Below are positions 38,637 through 48,474 of a stretch of 63,371 nt of DNA, one piece after another. The stretch spans positions 1 to 63,371 of the forward strand of contig JAEDCW010000003.1 in NCBI GenBank assembly GCA_016293975.1, in the 5' to 3' direction. This DNA comes from Clostridia bacterium. GTDB taxonomy: Bacteria; Bacillota; Clostridia; Christensenellales; CAG-138. Position numbers and translations under genes: made by a program. The notes beneath the pieces are model-generated. The model was given only the letters and a program-made list of their open reading frames with translations, had not been told where the DNA came from and ran no database searches. Numbering within the stretch: position 1 is the stretch's first letter; each line of letters starts with the position of its first letter.

Positions 38637-39907
38637 TGCTTAAGACGATAGTAAACGCTTGGAAGATAAAGGACATCCGTACAAAGATACTGTACACACT
38701 GCTCCTTATCTTGCTCTACAGAGTTGGATGCTACATCCCGATTCCCGGCGTAAATGTCGAAGGCGTGGCATCGTCATTAGAACAGTATGTAGCAATCGGT
38801 GGCTTCATGAACATGTTCACAGGTGGAGCGTTCTCCAACTATGCACTGTTTGCAATGGGTATAAGCCCCTACATCACCGGTTCGATTATCATGCAGCTTC
38901 TTGCTATCGCAATCCCCGCGCTTGAGAGGCTTTCCAAGCAGGAGGACGGCAAGCAGAAGATCGAGAAGATTACTCGTTATGTCGGTGTTGGTCTGGCAGC
39001 AGTTCAGAGCGTCAGCATCATACTGGCACTGGGTAGTTCCGCAGTTTACAACACAAGCTGGCTCACATACGTCACGATCGGCGTAACGGCAACCGCAGGC
39101 GTAGCTCTCCTCATGTGGATGGGCGAGAAGATTACGGAAAAGGGCATCGGCAACGGAATTTCGTTCATCATTTTCGCATCGATAGCCGCTAACGTAATTC
39201 CTGCTATTGCAAACATCGCTAACACCGTTTCCACAGGCAGTATTTCCTGGGTAGCTGTGCCGATCATCATCTTCGTAGTTATACTGCTCCTTGTTGGCAT
39301 CGTTTATGTCGATAAGGCCGAGCGCAGAATACCCGTAAACTACGCAAAGCGCGTAAAGGGTCGCAAGCAGTATGGCGGAGCAAGCACTCATATTCCGCTC
39401 AAGGCGAATGCAAACGGCGTTATGCCCTTGATTTTCGCAATGACGATATTGAATGTACCCACGATGATAATCGAGCTTGCCGGCGAAGGCTGGTTCGCAA
39501 CATTCTGGAAAAAAACATTTGCGACTGGAAAACCCGGTTACTATATTCTCTATGCACTCCTCATCATAGGATTCGCATACTTCTACTCGACAATCTCATT
39601 CAACCCTGTTGAGATTTCGAAGAACATAAAAGAGAACGGCGGAACCATACTGGGCATTCGTCCGGGTTGGGACACTGCAAACTATCTTAAGAAGATAGTA
39701 AGCCGTCTCACGTTGTTCGGTGCAATATTCCTCGCACTGGTAGCCATCCTGCCCTCATTGGTCTTCTCGTTCTTTGACATCGGAGACCTGCAGGCTATCT
39801 CCATGTTCGGGCCCACAAGCATACTGATTCTCATCAGCGTTGCTATGGAGACGAATACACAGTTGGAGACTCAGATGATGGCTCGCCATTACAAGGCTCT
39901 GCTGTAA
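38636..39907 (+). CDS. secY: preprotein translocase subunit SecY
   Basis: 423 aa, 10 TM. ..IRTKILYTLLLILLYRVGCYIPIPGV.. Confidence 0.97.
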   Translation: MLKTIVNAWKIKDIRTKILYTLLLILLYRVGCYIPIPGVNVEGVASSLEQYVAIGGFMNMFTGGAFSNYALFAMGISPYITGSIIMQLLAIAIPALERLSKQEDGKQKIEKITRYVGVGLAAVQSVSIILALGSSAVYNTSWLTYVTIGVTATAGVALLMWMGEKITEKGIGNGISFIIFASIAANVIPAIANIANTVSTGSISWVAVPIIIFVVILLLVGIVYVDKAERRIPVNYAKRVKGRKQYGGASTHIPLKANANGVMPLIFAMTILNVPTMIIELAGEGWFATFWKKTFATGKPGYYILYALLIIGFAYFYSTISFNPVEISKNIKENGGTILGIRPGWDTANYLKKIVSRLTLFGAIFLALVAILPSLVFSFFDIGDLQAISMFGPTSILILISVAMETNTQLETQMMARHYKALL

Positions 39908-39917
39908 GGGAACGGAC

Positions 39918-40547
39918 ATGAGAAAACTGGTGCTTTTGGGCCCTCCCGGCTCAGGAAAGGGCACCCAGGCTGTTAAAATATGTGAGGAATTCGGTATTCC
40001 TCACATATCTACCGGCCAGATGCTCCGCGAGGGACACCTCGCTGATCCCGAGCTCGACAGGGAAATGAAGTCAATCATGGCAAGAGGCGAACTCATACCT
40101 GACTATCTTATGAACGAGATGGTCAAGGAGAGGCTCCGGAAAAGCGATTGCATAAACGGCTTTGTACTTGACGGCTTCCCAAGGACGATCGACCAGGCAA
40201 AGTTCCTGGAAGAGAATGTGGGCGTCGATTACGCAATATTGCTCGATACTCCTGAGGAGCTTATCGAAGAGAGAATATGCGGACGTCGCGTTTGCACAGT
40301 GTGCGGCGGAAGTTATCATGTATCGATTCTTACGACCAATGTTTGCCCCAAATGCGGAGGCGAGTTGGGAACGAGAGCGGATGACACTCCCGAAACGATA
40401 CGAAAAAGGTTCGATATTTATCAATGTCTGACCTTCCCGCTTATCGAATACTACACGAAGCTTTCAAAGCTCGTGGACATAGACGGCAGCGGTTCGTTCG
40501 AAGAGGTGACCAAAAGAGTGATCAACGTCATGAGGTCGTTAAAATGA
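39918..40547 (+). CDS. adk: adenylate kinase (zinc-lid type)
   Basis: P-loop GPPGSGKGTQ. Lid CxxC..CxxC (CTVCGGSYH..CPKCGG). Confidence 0.97.
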   Translation: MRKLVLLGPPGSGKGTQAVKICEEFGIPHISTGQMLREGHLADPELDREMKSIMARGELIPDYLMNEMVKERLRKSDCINGFVLDGFPRTIDQAKFLEENVGVDYAILLDTPEELIEERICGRRVCTVCGGSYHVSILTTNVCPKCGGELGTRADDTPETIRKRFDIYQCLTFPLIEYYTKLSKLVDIDGSGSFEEVTKRVINVMRSLK

Positions 40548-41299
40548 GCCACATTGTAATAAAGACGCCTTCCCAGATAGAGCATATGAGGGTGGCCGGA
40601 AGGCTCACCTATCAGACGCTTGAGTTGTTGCGTGAGCACGCTAGACCCGGAATCACGACAAAGAAGCTTGATAAACTGGCGAGGGAGTTTATGAGGGACA
40701 ATGGCGCAACGCCTTCGTTCCTTGGATACATGGGCTATCCGGCGAGCATCTGCGCATCCGTAAACGATACCATTATCCACGGTATTCCGAGTGGTTACGC
40801 TCTTAAAGACGGCGATATATTGAGTGTGGACGTCGGAGCTTGCATCGAGGGATATCATGGGGATGCCGCAAGGACATTCCTCATAGGAGAGGTGGACGAG
40901 GAGACAAAGCACCTCGTTGAGATTACGGAGAGATGCTTCACCGAGGGAATTAAAAAGGCTGTCGCGGGAAACTTTGTTGCAGATATTTCCCGGGAAATTC
41001 AGCGTATAGCATCCGAAGCGGGCTACGGAATCGTCCGTGAGTTCGTGGGTCACGGCGTTGGGAAGCAGATGCACGAGGCACCCGAGGTGCCGAACTTCTT
41101 TGCTCCGCGAATGCCGGTAGTGCGTTTACGTGCAGGTATGACCATAGCTGTAGAGCCTATGATAAACCTTGGAACCGCCGGTATTCGTATACTAAAGGAT
41201 GGTTGGACTGTAAAAACTGCCGATGGCAAACCGAGCGCACATTATGAGAACACGATAGCGATAACGGACTGCCAGCCGTTGATTCTCACAGACGCTTAA
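40544..41299 (+). CDS. map: type I methionine aminopeptidase
   Basis: MSHIVIKTPSQIEHMR.. ATGA overlap with the adk stop. The upstream 40 codons of the track ORF overlap adk and are discounted. Confidence 0.95.
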   Translation: MSHIVIKTPSQIEHMRVAGRLTYQTLELLREHARPGITTKKLDKLAREFMRDNGATPSFLGYMGYPASICASVNDTIIHGIPSGYALKDGDILSVDVGACIEGYHGDAARTFLIGEVDEETKHLVEITERCFTEGIKKAVAGNFVADISREIQRIASEAGYGIVREFVGHGVGKQMHEAPEVPNFFAPRMPVVRLRAGMTIAVEPMINLGTAGIRILKDGWTVKTADGKPSAHYENTIAITDCQPLILTDA

Positions 41300-41308
41300 G
41301 GAGGCAGC

Positions 41309-41617
41309 ATGGACGAGTATATCGGACAGATAGTTGTCTCGAAGGCGGGCAGAGATGCCGGAAGAGCATTCGTGATTGTAGGTGTTGCAGATGATGCGCA
41401 TGTGCTCATTGCAGACGGTCAGCTAAGGGGTCTAAGTCGCCCCAAGAAGAAAAAACTCAAACACATACGTCCCACGGGGGTATATGTGGAGGGTTTCCCG
41501 AATAGCTTAAATAGCGGCGGGCTTCTGGATGCGGACGTTGCAAAGGCAATCGGAAACAGCGGATTCGGCAAAACCCATGCACAAGGAGAATTTGATGTCG
41601 AAACAAGATGTAATTGA
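41309..41617 (+). CDS. small KOW-domain protein (L14e-like), function unknown
   Basis: ..[21 protein letters not shown].. KOW motif and a KKKK tract. The 3' end overlaps infA by 23 nt. Confidence 0.7.
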   Translation: MDEYIGQIVVSKAGRDAGRAFVIVGVADDAHVLIADGQLRGLSRPKKKKLKHIRPTGVYVEGFPNSLNSGGLLDADVAKAIGNSGFGKTHAQGEFDVETRCN

Positions 41618-41816
41618 AGTTGAAGGTGTAGTTACCGACTCATTTCCGAACGCAACGTTCGAGGTTGAGCTCGCAAACGGACACAAGATACTTGCTCATA
41701 TTTCCGGAAAGCTGCGCATGAACAATATCCGCATACTTACCGGTGATAAGGTGAAGCTTGAGATGTCGCCGTACGACTTGACGCGCGGCCGCATAACCTG
41801 GCGCACAAAGAGCTGA
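41595..41816 (+). CDS. infA: translation initiation factor IF-1
   Basis: [13 protein letters not shown]...[27 protein letters not shown].. (73 aa). Confidence 0.97.
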   Translation: MSKQDVIEVEGVVTDSFPNATFEVELANGHKILAHISGKLRMNNIRILTGDKVKLEMSPYDLTRGRITWRTKS

Positions 41817-41841
41817 CGGACTTACAGCTCGTATACCATAG

Positions 41842-41970
<129 letters not shown>

Positions 41971-42021
41971 TTGCCTCAGCCAAGTATTATTGCAGGCGAG
42001 AGCTCGCGCAATATAACCGAA

Positions 42022-42048
42022 AGAAAGGTCGAAAGACCTTTTCTTTTT
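42022..42048 (+). terminator. intrinsic terminator ending the r-protein cluster after rpmJ
   Basis: AAAGGTC-GAAA-GACCTTT followed by a T-rich tract. Confidence 0.75.
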
Positions 42049-42099
42049 ATCTGAATGCTTGACTGCGAGACCGGTGCTTGCGGTTATTTGCATATTTGT

Positions 42100-42128
42100 T
42101 TGATTAAGGCTGTAATTACTGATATAAT
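42100..42128 (+). promoter_or_regulatory. candidate promoter for gdpP-rplI-dnaB
   Basis: TTGATT, 17-nt spacer, TATAAT. Confidence 0.55.
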
Positions 42129-42152
42129 GCGGTTATAAGCTTTTTTTAAGAG

Positions 42153-44111
42153 GTGCTTATGAAGAAGAGGGCTTCCATAGCATTGATTCCGTCCGCGCTT
42201 GTGATAATTGCGGGCGCCGTATTGCTGTTTCTTGCGGACGAAAAGCTCGCCTCGTACATACTGCTGGGCGTGGGCACACTTGCGGCAGTGCTCGCCTTCG
42301 TCACCGTAGAGAAGTATAAGCGCAAAGCCGAAGAGGAGCTCGACAACCTATTCATGCAGAATTCCACGGCGGTGAATTCGATTATTACCGGGCTCAGTGT
42401 ACCATGCGTGATATTCAATACACACGGGAAGATACTTTGGAGAAACAATGCGTTTAAGCGCATCTATTCCGGCAGAAATATAAAGGAGCTCGACGGTATG
42501 CCGGACCCGAGCGCACCGCCCAGAAGCACACTCTACTCTATGAATGGAATGGATTTCCAGATATACACTCAGCCTGTGAAGCGCGAGGGCAGGGAGAACA
42601 ACCTCGTTCAATTCCAATACTGGATAGACAGGACCGAAGCCATACATTACAAGCGCATATTCGAGGAGCGCGTGCCGTGCGTGGCATTGATTTACGTAGA
42701 TAACTACGAGGAGCTTGCGCAGGACAAGTACTTTGCGAAGGCGTCCGTTATGTCGCAGGTCGAAAAATACGTCGCGGAATTCGCCGAGGCCGCAAAGGGC
42801 ATATATGTCCGCTACGAGAATACGAGATTCTTGGTGGTATTCGAAAGAAGCGCTCTCGAAGCCATGGAGCAGGCAAAATTCGACATACTAGAACGAATTC
42901 GAGATATCAACACGGGAACTCCGCTTGCAGTTACGCTCTCTATATCGGTAGGCGTCGGCGACAGGCTGGTAAGCTCAAACGAGATGAGCAGACAGGCGAT
43001 GGAGCTTGCATTGGGGCGCGGCGGCGACCAAGCGGTAGTAAAAGCAGGCGCGAAATACTCGTTCTTCGGCGGAAAGCGCCAAACTTCGTCAAAGACGGCA
43101 ATGGTAAAGACTAGGCTTTTTTCACGTGCACTCCGTCAGATGATAGAAAACTCCGGTACCATATACATAATGGGCCACAAGAGACCGGATATGGATGCTA
43201 TGGGCGCATCGCTGGGACTGCTCAGGTGCTGTACATTCTGCTCGAAAAAGGCGTACATACTGCTCGATGAGGTGAACTCCACGATCGAGAACTGTGTATC
43301 GAACATGAAGAAGATCAAGGAGTACGATGGCTGCATACTCACGCCGGAGCAGCTCGTAAGCGATCCGATACGCAAGAACTCGATGCTTATCGTAGTAGAC
43401 GCTCAGCGCGAGGGCTCTCTGCTTGCACCGGGGCTGTTTGCTAAGTTTGAAAAGACCGTCATAATCGACCATCACAGGCGTGCCGTTGACGTTATAAACG
43501 ACGCAACGCTAAATTATATGGAAGCCGGTGCCTCATCCACCTGCGAGATGGTTACAGAGATTGTGCAGTACTTCGACGAGAACTTAAGACCCACGCCGTT
43601 TGAATGCAGTGCGATGCTCGCGGGAATAATCGTCGACACAAAGAGTTTCTCTATGAATTCGGGGACGAGGACGTTTGAGGCGGCGAGTTATCTCAGGCGA
43701 AAGGGTGCGGATATGCACGCCGTAAAGCTGATGTTCCAGGACGACCTTGAGACTTACAAGAACAGAACAATGGTCGTCAATACGGCGGATATAATAGACG
43801 GCTGCGTTGCTATCGCGATTTGTCCTCAGGGCATTGAAAACAGCACGCTCATATGCGCACAGGCGGCGGATGAACTCATATCGATCAAGGGTATAAAGGC
43901 GGCTTTCGTACTTGTTCAAAACGGCAGTGTCGTTAACATAAGCGGAAGAAGCTTGGGTGATATAAATGTACAGCTTATACTTGAAAGGCTCGGAGGAGGA
44001 GGTCATCTGAACGTTGCGGGCGCACAGGTAAAGGGTAGCAGCGAGCAGGAAGTGTTGAAGGCTCTAAAGGACGCAGTCAGCGAGTATTTGGCTGAAAACC
44101 CACAAAAATAA
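42153..44111 (+). CDS. gdpP: GdpP/YybT-type cyclic-di-AMP phosphodiesterase (2 TM, PAS-like, degenerate GGDEF, DHH-DHHA1)
   Basis: Two N-terminal TM helices. DHH motif ..IMGHKRPDMDAMGA.. DHHA1 motif GGGGH. Canonical position upstream of rplI-dnaB. Alternative start at ATG 42159. Confidence 0.88.
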   Translation: MLMKKRASIALIPSALVIIAGAVLLFLADEKLASYILLGVGTLAAVLAFVTVEKYKRKAEEELDNLFMQNSTAVNSIITGLSVPCVIFNTHGKILWRNNAFKRIYSGRNIKELDGMPDPSAPPRSTLYSMNGMDFQIYTQPVKREGRENNLVQFQYWIDRTEAIHYKRIFEERVPCVALIYVDNYEELAQDKYFAKASVMSQVEKYVAEFAEAAKGIYVRYENTRFLVVFERSALEAMEQAKFDILERIRDINTGTPLAVTLSISVGVGDRLVSSNEMSRQAMELALGRGGDQAVVKAGAKYSFFGGKRQTSSKTAMVKTRLFSRALRQMIENSGTIYIMGHKRPDMDAMGASLGLLRCCTFCSKKAYILLDEVNSTIENCVSNMKKIKEYDGCILTPEQLVSDPIRKNSMLIVVDAQREGSLLAPGLFAKFEKTVIIDHHRRAVDVINDATLNYMEAGASSTCEMVTEIVQYFDENLRPTPFECSAMLAGIIVDTKSFSMNSGTRTFEAASYLRRKGADMHAVKLMFQDDLETYKNRTMVVNTADIIDGCVAIAICPQGIENSTLICAQAADELISIKGIKAAFVLVQNGSVVNISGRSLGDINVQLILERLGGGGHLNVAGAQVKGSSEQEVLKALKDAVSEYLAENPQK

Positions 44112-44126
44112 GAGGGAGGCAGACCT

Positions 44127-44573
44127 ATGAAGGTATTATTGAAGAAGGATGTTGCCGGACAGGGCAAGGCAGGCACAGTAATAGAGGTAAGCGACGGTTA
44201 CGGCAGAAACTTCCTCATCCCCAGGGGACTTGCGGTACCTGCTGATGCAGAGAGCATAAACGCGGCACGTATCAGAAAGGACGCACAGTCCCACAAGCTC
44301 AAGATGCAGCGTGAGCGTGCGAAGGAACTCGCGAGCGAAGTCAGCAAGCTTACAGTAAAGGTTTACGCGAAGGCCGGTGAGAACGGGCGACTGTTCGGCT
44401 CTGTGACGAATCAGGAGATTGCGGACGCACTTAAGGCGCAGTACGACATAGAGATCGACAAGAAAAAGATAAGGATTGAGGAACCGATAAGGCAAGTTGG
44501 CATAGTAACCGTCACTGCTCACATGTTTGAAAACGAAAGCGCAAAATTCAAGGTAGAGGTACTTGCGAAGTAA
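44127..44573 (+). CDS. rplI: 50S ribosomal protein L9
   Basis: MKVLLKKDVAGQGKAGTVIEVSDGYGRNFLIP.. Confidence 0.97.
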   Translation: MKVLLKKDVAGQGKAGTVIEVSDGYGRNFLIPRGLAVPADAESINAARIRKDAQSHKLKMQRERAKELASEVSKLTVKVYAKAGENGRLFGSVTNQEIADALKAQYDIEIDKKKIRIEEPIRQVGIVTVTAHMFENESAKFKVEVLAK

Positions 44574-44588
44574 GCTCGGGAGGACAGC

Positions 44589-45917
44589 ATGGACAGGTCC
44601 AAAATCAAGACTGCTGACGAAGCAGTACCATACAGCATAGACGCGGAGCGTTCGGTTCTGGGAAGTATGATAATCTCTAAAAACGCCGTAGAGGTGGCAA
44701 TGGAGCTTTTAAAGACCGAGGACTTCTATATCGCCGCGCACCAGACGATTTTTGCGTCGATGCACGACCTTTATACCAGAAGCAGCGCAGTGGACTTGGT
44801 AACGGTTGTAAACGATCTCGAAAAGCATGGTAAGCTTGAGGCAATAGGCGGAGTCGAGTACATGGCTATGCTCGGTGACTACACACCGAGTTCGGGCAAT
44901 ATAGCCTACTACGCGAGGATAGTGCAGGAGCGCAGCACCCAGAGAAAGCTTATTGATGCAAGTTCGCATATAGCGAAAAACGCCCGCGATGGCGCAATGG
45001 AAATCCCCGATGTCATAGATGATGCCGAGCGCAGGATATACAACATATCCATAAGGAACAACACGAACACTATGGTGCCGGCAAAGGACGTAGTGTTTGA
45101 GACATACGACATGATAGGCGAGATTGCAGGCGCAAGGGGAAGCCTCACGGGAGTTCCCACGGGCTTTATAGACTTGGACAAGCTTACATCGGGACTTCAG
45201 AAGAGCGATCTTATAATTGTAGCGGGACGTCCTTCGATGGGTAAGACTGCGCTCGCGTTGAATATGGCGTCCTATGCGGCATTCGACGCTAGAAAGAACG
45301 TAGCTATATTCAGCCTCGAAATGTCTACTCAACAGCTCATAATGAGAATGATGTGCACTCGTGCGCAGGTCAGCATGACTAAGGTAAAGCAGGGCGGAGC
45401 GACAGACGACGACATGATCAGATTGTCTGACGCAACATCTGCAATGTATTCCGACAGGCTCGTAATAGACGATACCGCAAACATATCCGTCGCGGAAATC
45501 AGGTCGAAATGCCGCAGAATGAAGACAAAGCAGGGGCTCGACCTCGTTATAATCGACTATCTTCAGCTTATGAAAACCAGCGGCAAGACCGAAAACCGAG
45601 TGCTTGAGATAGGCGAGATAACAAGGGCGCTCAAGATACTCGCAAGGGAACTCGACGTACCCATAATACTTCTTTCACAGCTTTCGCGTGCGGCTGATAA
45701 GGTCAGACCGACAATGGCGCATCTGAGAGAATCGGGCGCAATCGAGCAGGATGCCGACATAGTCATAATGATTTACAGGGAAGGCGCGCATAATCCCGAG
45801 GCGGACAATACCGCGGAGATAATCGTCGCAAAGCATAGAAACGGACCTACGGACACGGTATACCTCGTATGGATAGATGAGTACACCAAGTTCAACAATA
45901 AGAGCATGAGAGAGTAA
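44589..45917 (+). CDS. dnaB: replicative DNA helicase
   Basis: 442 aa. ..PYSIDAERSVLGSMI.. Walker A GRPSMGKTA. ..LSQLSR.. No intein. Confidence 0.96.
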   Translation: MDRSKIKTADEAVPYSIDAERSVLGSMIISKNAVEVAMELLKTEDFYIAAHQTIFASMHDLYTRSSAVDLVTVVNDLEKHGKLEAIGGVEYMAMLGDYTPSSGNIAYYARIVQERSTQRKLIDASSHIAKNARDGAMEIPDVIDDAERRIYNISIRNNTNTMVPAKDVVFETYDMIGEIAGARGSLTGVPTGFIDLDKLTSGLQKSDLIIVAGRPSMGKTALALNMASYAAFDARKNVAIFSLEMSTQQLIMRMMCTRAQVSMTKVKQGGATDDDMIRLSDATSAMYSDRLVIDDTANISVAEIRSKCRRMKTKQGLDLVIIDYLQLMKTSGKTENRVLEIGEITRALKILARELDVPIILLSQLSRAADKVRPTMAHLRESGAIEQDADIVIMIYREGAHNPEADNTAEIIVAKHRNGPTDTVYLVWIDEYTKFNNKSMRE

Positions 45918-45940
45918 ATAATCCAAATTGGAGGAACAAT

Positions 45941-47635
45941 ATGGAAAAGTTTAAGGATCTGGCGTACAAACGCCCGGACAAGACCGCTGTAACAGCACAG
46001 CTTACAGCACTTGTCGACAAGCTGGAGGCCGCACAGAGCTATGACGAGTTCAAAGCTGTCTATATGGAGATAGAAGAGCTCACGAGCAAGGTGTGGACGA
46101 TGTGCACTATAGCTTCCGTCAGAAACACGCTCAACACACAGGATGAGTTCTATGAGACGGAATCCATGGAGCTCGACCGTATGCTTGCGGAGCTCATGCC
46201 CCTCACAAAGAGGATGAACGAGATTGTACTGAATTCGCCCTATTGCAAGGAATTCGGTGAGGAGTACGGCACGATACTTATCGATTCCATACAGGCAGAG
46301 TTGAGAACGCAGGATAAGAGCATAATCCCCCTCAAGATAGAGGAGTCGGAGCTGTGCCAGGCATATTCAAAGTCGGCCGCCGCATGCAAGACGGAGTTTA
46401 TGGGCGAGGAGTGCAATTTCTACGGCCTCTTAAAGCATATGCAGAACCCCGACAGGTCGATAAGAAAAAAGGCATTTGAAGCTTGGTCAAAGCTCTACGA
46501 GGGTGCAAGTGCAGACCTCGACGCTCAGTATGATAAGCTTATTGACTTGAGAATAAAGATGGCAGAAAAGCTCGGCATGAAGAACTTCACGGAGCTTGCA
46601 TACCTCGGCAAAGGTCGCTTTGACTATGGTCCCACCGATGTTGCGAAGTTCAGAAAGCAGGTACTCGAAGTTATCACGCCTGCAGTCGCAGAGCTTAGGA
46701 AAAAGCAGGCGGAGAGAATCGGCGTAGATAAGCTGAAGTTCTACGATGAGACATTCATGTTCTCTGACGGCAACGCCGATCCCATAGGCGGTAAGGACGT
46801 GCTCGTGCCCATAGCGTCTAAGATGTATCACGAGATGAGCCCCGAGACGGGCGAGTTCTTCGACTTTATGACAACTTATGAGCTATTTGACCTCGAAACG
46901 CGCCCCGGCAAGCACCTCGGCGGTTATTGTACATGGCTTCCCGAATACAAGGCACCATTCATTTTCTCGAATTTCAACGGCACATCGGGCGACGTAGACG
47001 TGCTTACGCACGAAGCGGGTCACGCTTTCCAGGCGTATACGGCACTCAGATGCCAGCCTCTCACAGCGCTTTGCGGTTCTACGAGTGAGATAAACGAGAT
47101 TCACTCGATGGCGATGGAGCATTTCGCTTATCCTTGGATGAAAGACTTCTACGGCGAGGAGAACGTCAAAAAGGCGAAGTATGCACACCTTGCCGACGCA
47201 CTTTCATCGATGCCCTACATCGTATGCGTTGACGAGTTCCAGCACAGGATTTACGAGAATCCCAATATGTCAGCTATGGAACGCAGGACAGTGTGGCGCG
47301 AGATAGAACAGCGCTATATGCCTTGGCGCGACTACGATGGAGACGAGTTCTGCGAGAACGGCGGTTTCTGGATGCAGAAGCAGCACATATTCCTCTATCC
47401 GTTCTACTACATTGACTACTCATTGGCACAGACATGCGCATTCGAGCTCTATGGCAGGATGAAGAACGATCCCGAAGCTGCATGGCAGGATTATCTCAGG
47501 CTCTGCAAGGCGGGAGGAAGCCTCGGTTACTTCGACCTATTGAAGGTTGCAAGGCTCTCGAATCCGTTCGTTGAGGGCAATGTCGAGAAGGCAGTAAGGC
47601 ACGTTATTGACGAGCTAAACAGCTACGAATTCTGA
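45941..47635 (+). CDS. pepF: M3B-family oligoendopeptidase F
   Basis: 564 aa with zinc motif HEAGHAF. Confidence 0.88.
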   Translation: MEKFKDLAYKRPDKTAVTAQLTALVDKLEAAQSYDEFKAVYMEIEELTSKVWTMCTIASVRNTLNTQDEFYETESMELDRMLAELMPLTKRMNEIVLNSPYCKEFGEEYGTILIDSIQAELRTQDKSIIPLKIEESELCQAYSKSAAACKTEFMGEECNFYGLLKHMQNPDRSIRKKAFEAWSKLYEGASADLDAQYDKLIDLRIKMAEKLGMKNFTELAYLGKGRFDYGPTDVAKFRKQVLEVITPAVAELRKKQAERIGVDKLKFYDETFMFSDGNADPIGGKDVLVPIASKMYHEMSPETGEFFDFMTTYELFDLETRPGKHLGGYCTWLPEYKAPFIFSNFNGTSGDVDVLTHEAGHAFQAYTALRCQPLTALCGSTSEINEIHSMAMEHFAYPWMKDFYGEENVKKAKYAHLADALSSMPYIVCVDEFQHRIYENPNMSAMERRTVWREIEQRYMPWRDYDGDEFCENGGFWMQKQHIFLYPFYYIDYSLAQTCAFELYGRMKNDPEAAWQDYLRLCKAGGSLGYFDLLKVARLSNPFVEGNVEKAVRHVIDELNSYEF

Positions 47636-47663
47636 TATTGTGGATTGATTTGACAGCAAAAAG

Positions 47664-47694
47664 CAGGTTTGGCGTTTGCCGGGCCTGTTTTTTC
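47664..47694 (+). terminator. intrinsic terminator after pepF
   Basis: CAGGTTTGGC-GTTT-GCCGGGCCTG (with G-U pairs) followed by T6. Confidence 0.7.
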
Positions 47695-48387
47695 TCTGCT
47701 GTTGACGCATGTCCTACTTAATTCAGACAGAAGCATTTATCGCCTTACGTCAGATTTCCCCGCTAGCACAGATATTCGTCGAAAGTCAAAAAAAGCAAAT
47801 ATTTATGGCGTTACGCGGCTTTTTTTACAGAGTAAACGGACGGAATAAAAAATGCATACAAGTGTATTATTTTTTGAAATAAAAACAGAATTACAGGATA
47901 ATTATCGTCGAATATGCGCAAGCTACAGAATATATATAATTACACGGAAATAGTTCAAAGCAATATAAAAATTAAACTACATAATATGCCTGAATTCGAT
48001 AATGGCGCAAAAAAGCTTCTAATAATGCGGAAAAAAATACTCGTCAGCTCAAAACCAAGATGATACATTCAAAAGCGTTACCCTTAATGAGAGAGCTACA
48101 TGACTCGCAAATTCTTGAGCTTAGAGCTTTAGCTTGTATATGAAATACAGTATATCAGTATATAGATAAGAGCACGAAAATGTATTAATATGCGTTTACG
48201 ATGCATTGTCACATAACAGAAAACACCCAAGCAGAAAAATGTTTTATAAATGGAAACTGAAACACATTTATAAAATAACCATAAAGTAGAAAATAATAGC
48301 GCAATAGCTGTGCAAATTACACAAATTTACAAATGAGAAACCTGAAAATGTTTTTGGCAGAGCGAAACGCAATTTGTTAAATGCATA

Positions 48388-48416
48388 TTGACGTGAATAT
48401 ATAAACATTGTATACT
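48388..48416 (+). promoter_or_regulatory. candidate promoter of the thioredoxin-lipoprotein operon
   Basis: TTGACG, 17-nt spacer, TATACT. Confidence 0.6.
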
Positions 48417-48474
48417 ATGCGCGTTGACATGGATGGAAAAGGAAGATTTGTCAACACAGGAAGGATGGTAGATT

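Noticed and set aside
40424-40543. N-terminal 40-codon extension of the map ORF.
   Set aside because: It overlaps adk in another frame. The canonical MAP N-terminus (MSHIVIKTP..) starts at the ATGA junction at 40544.
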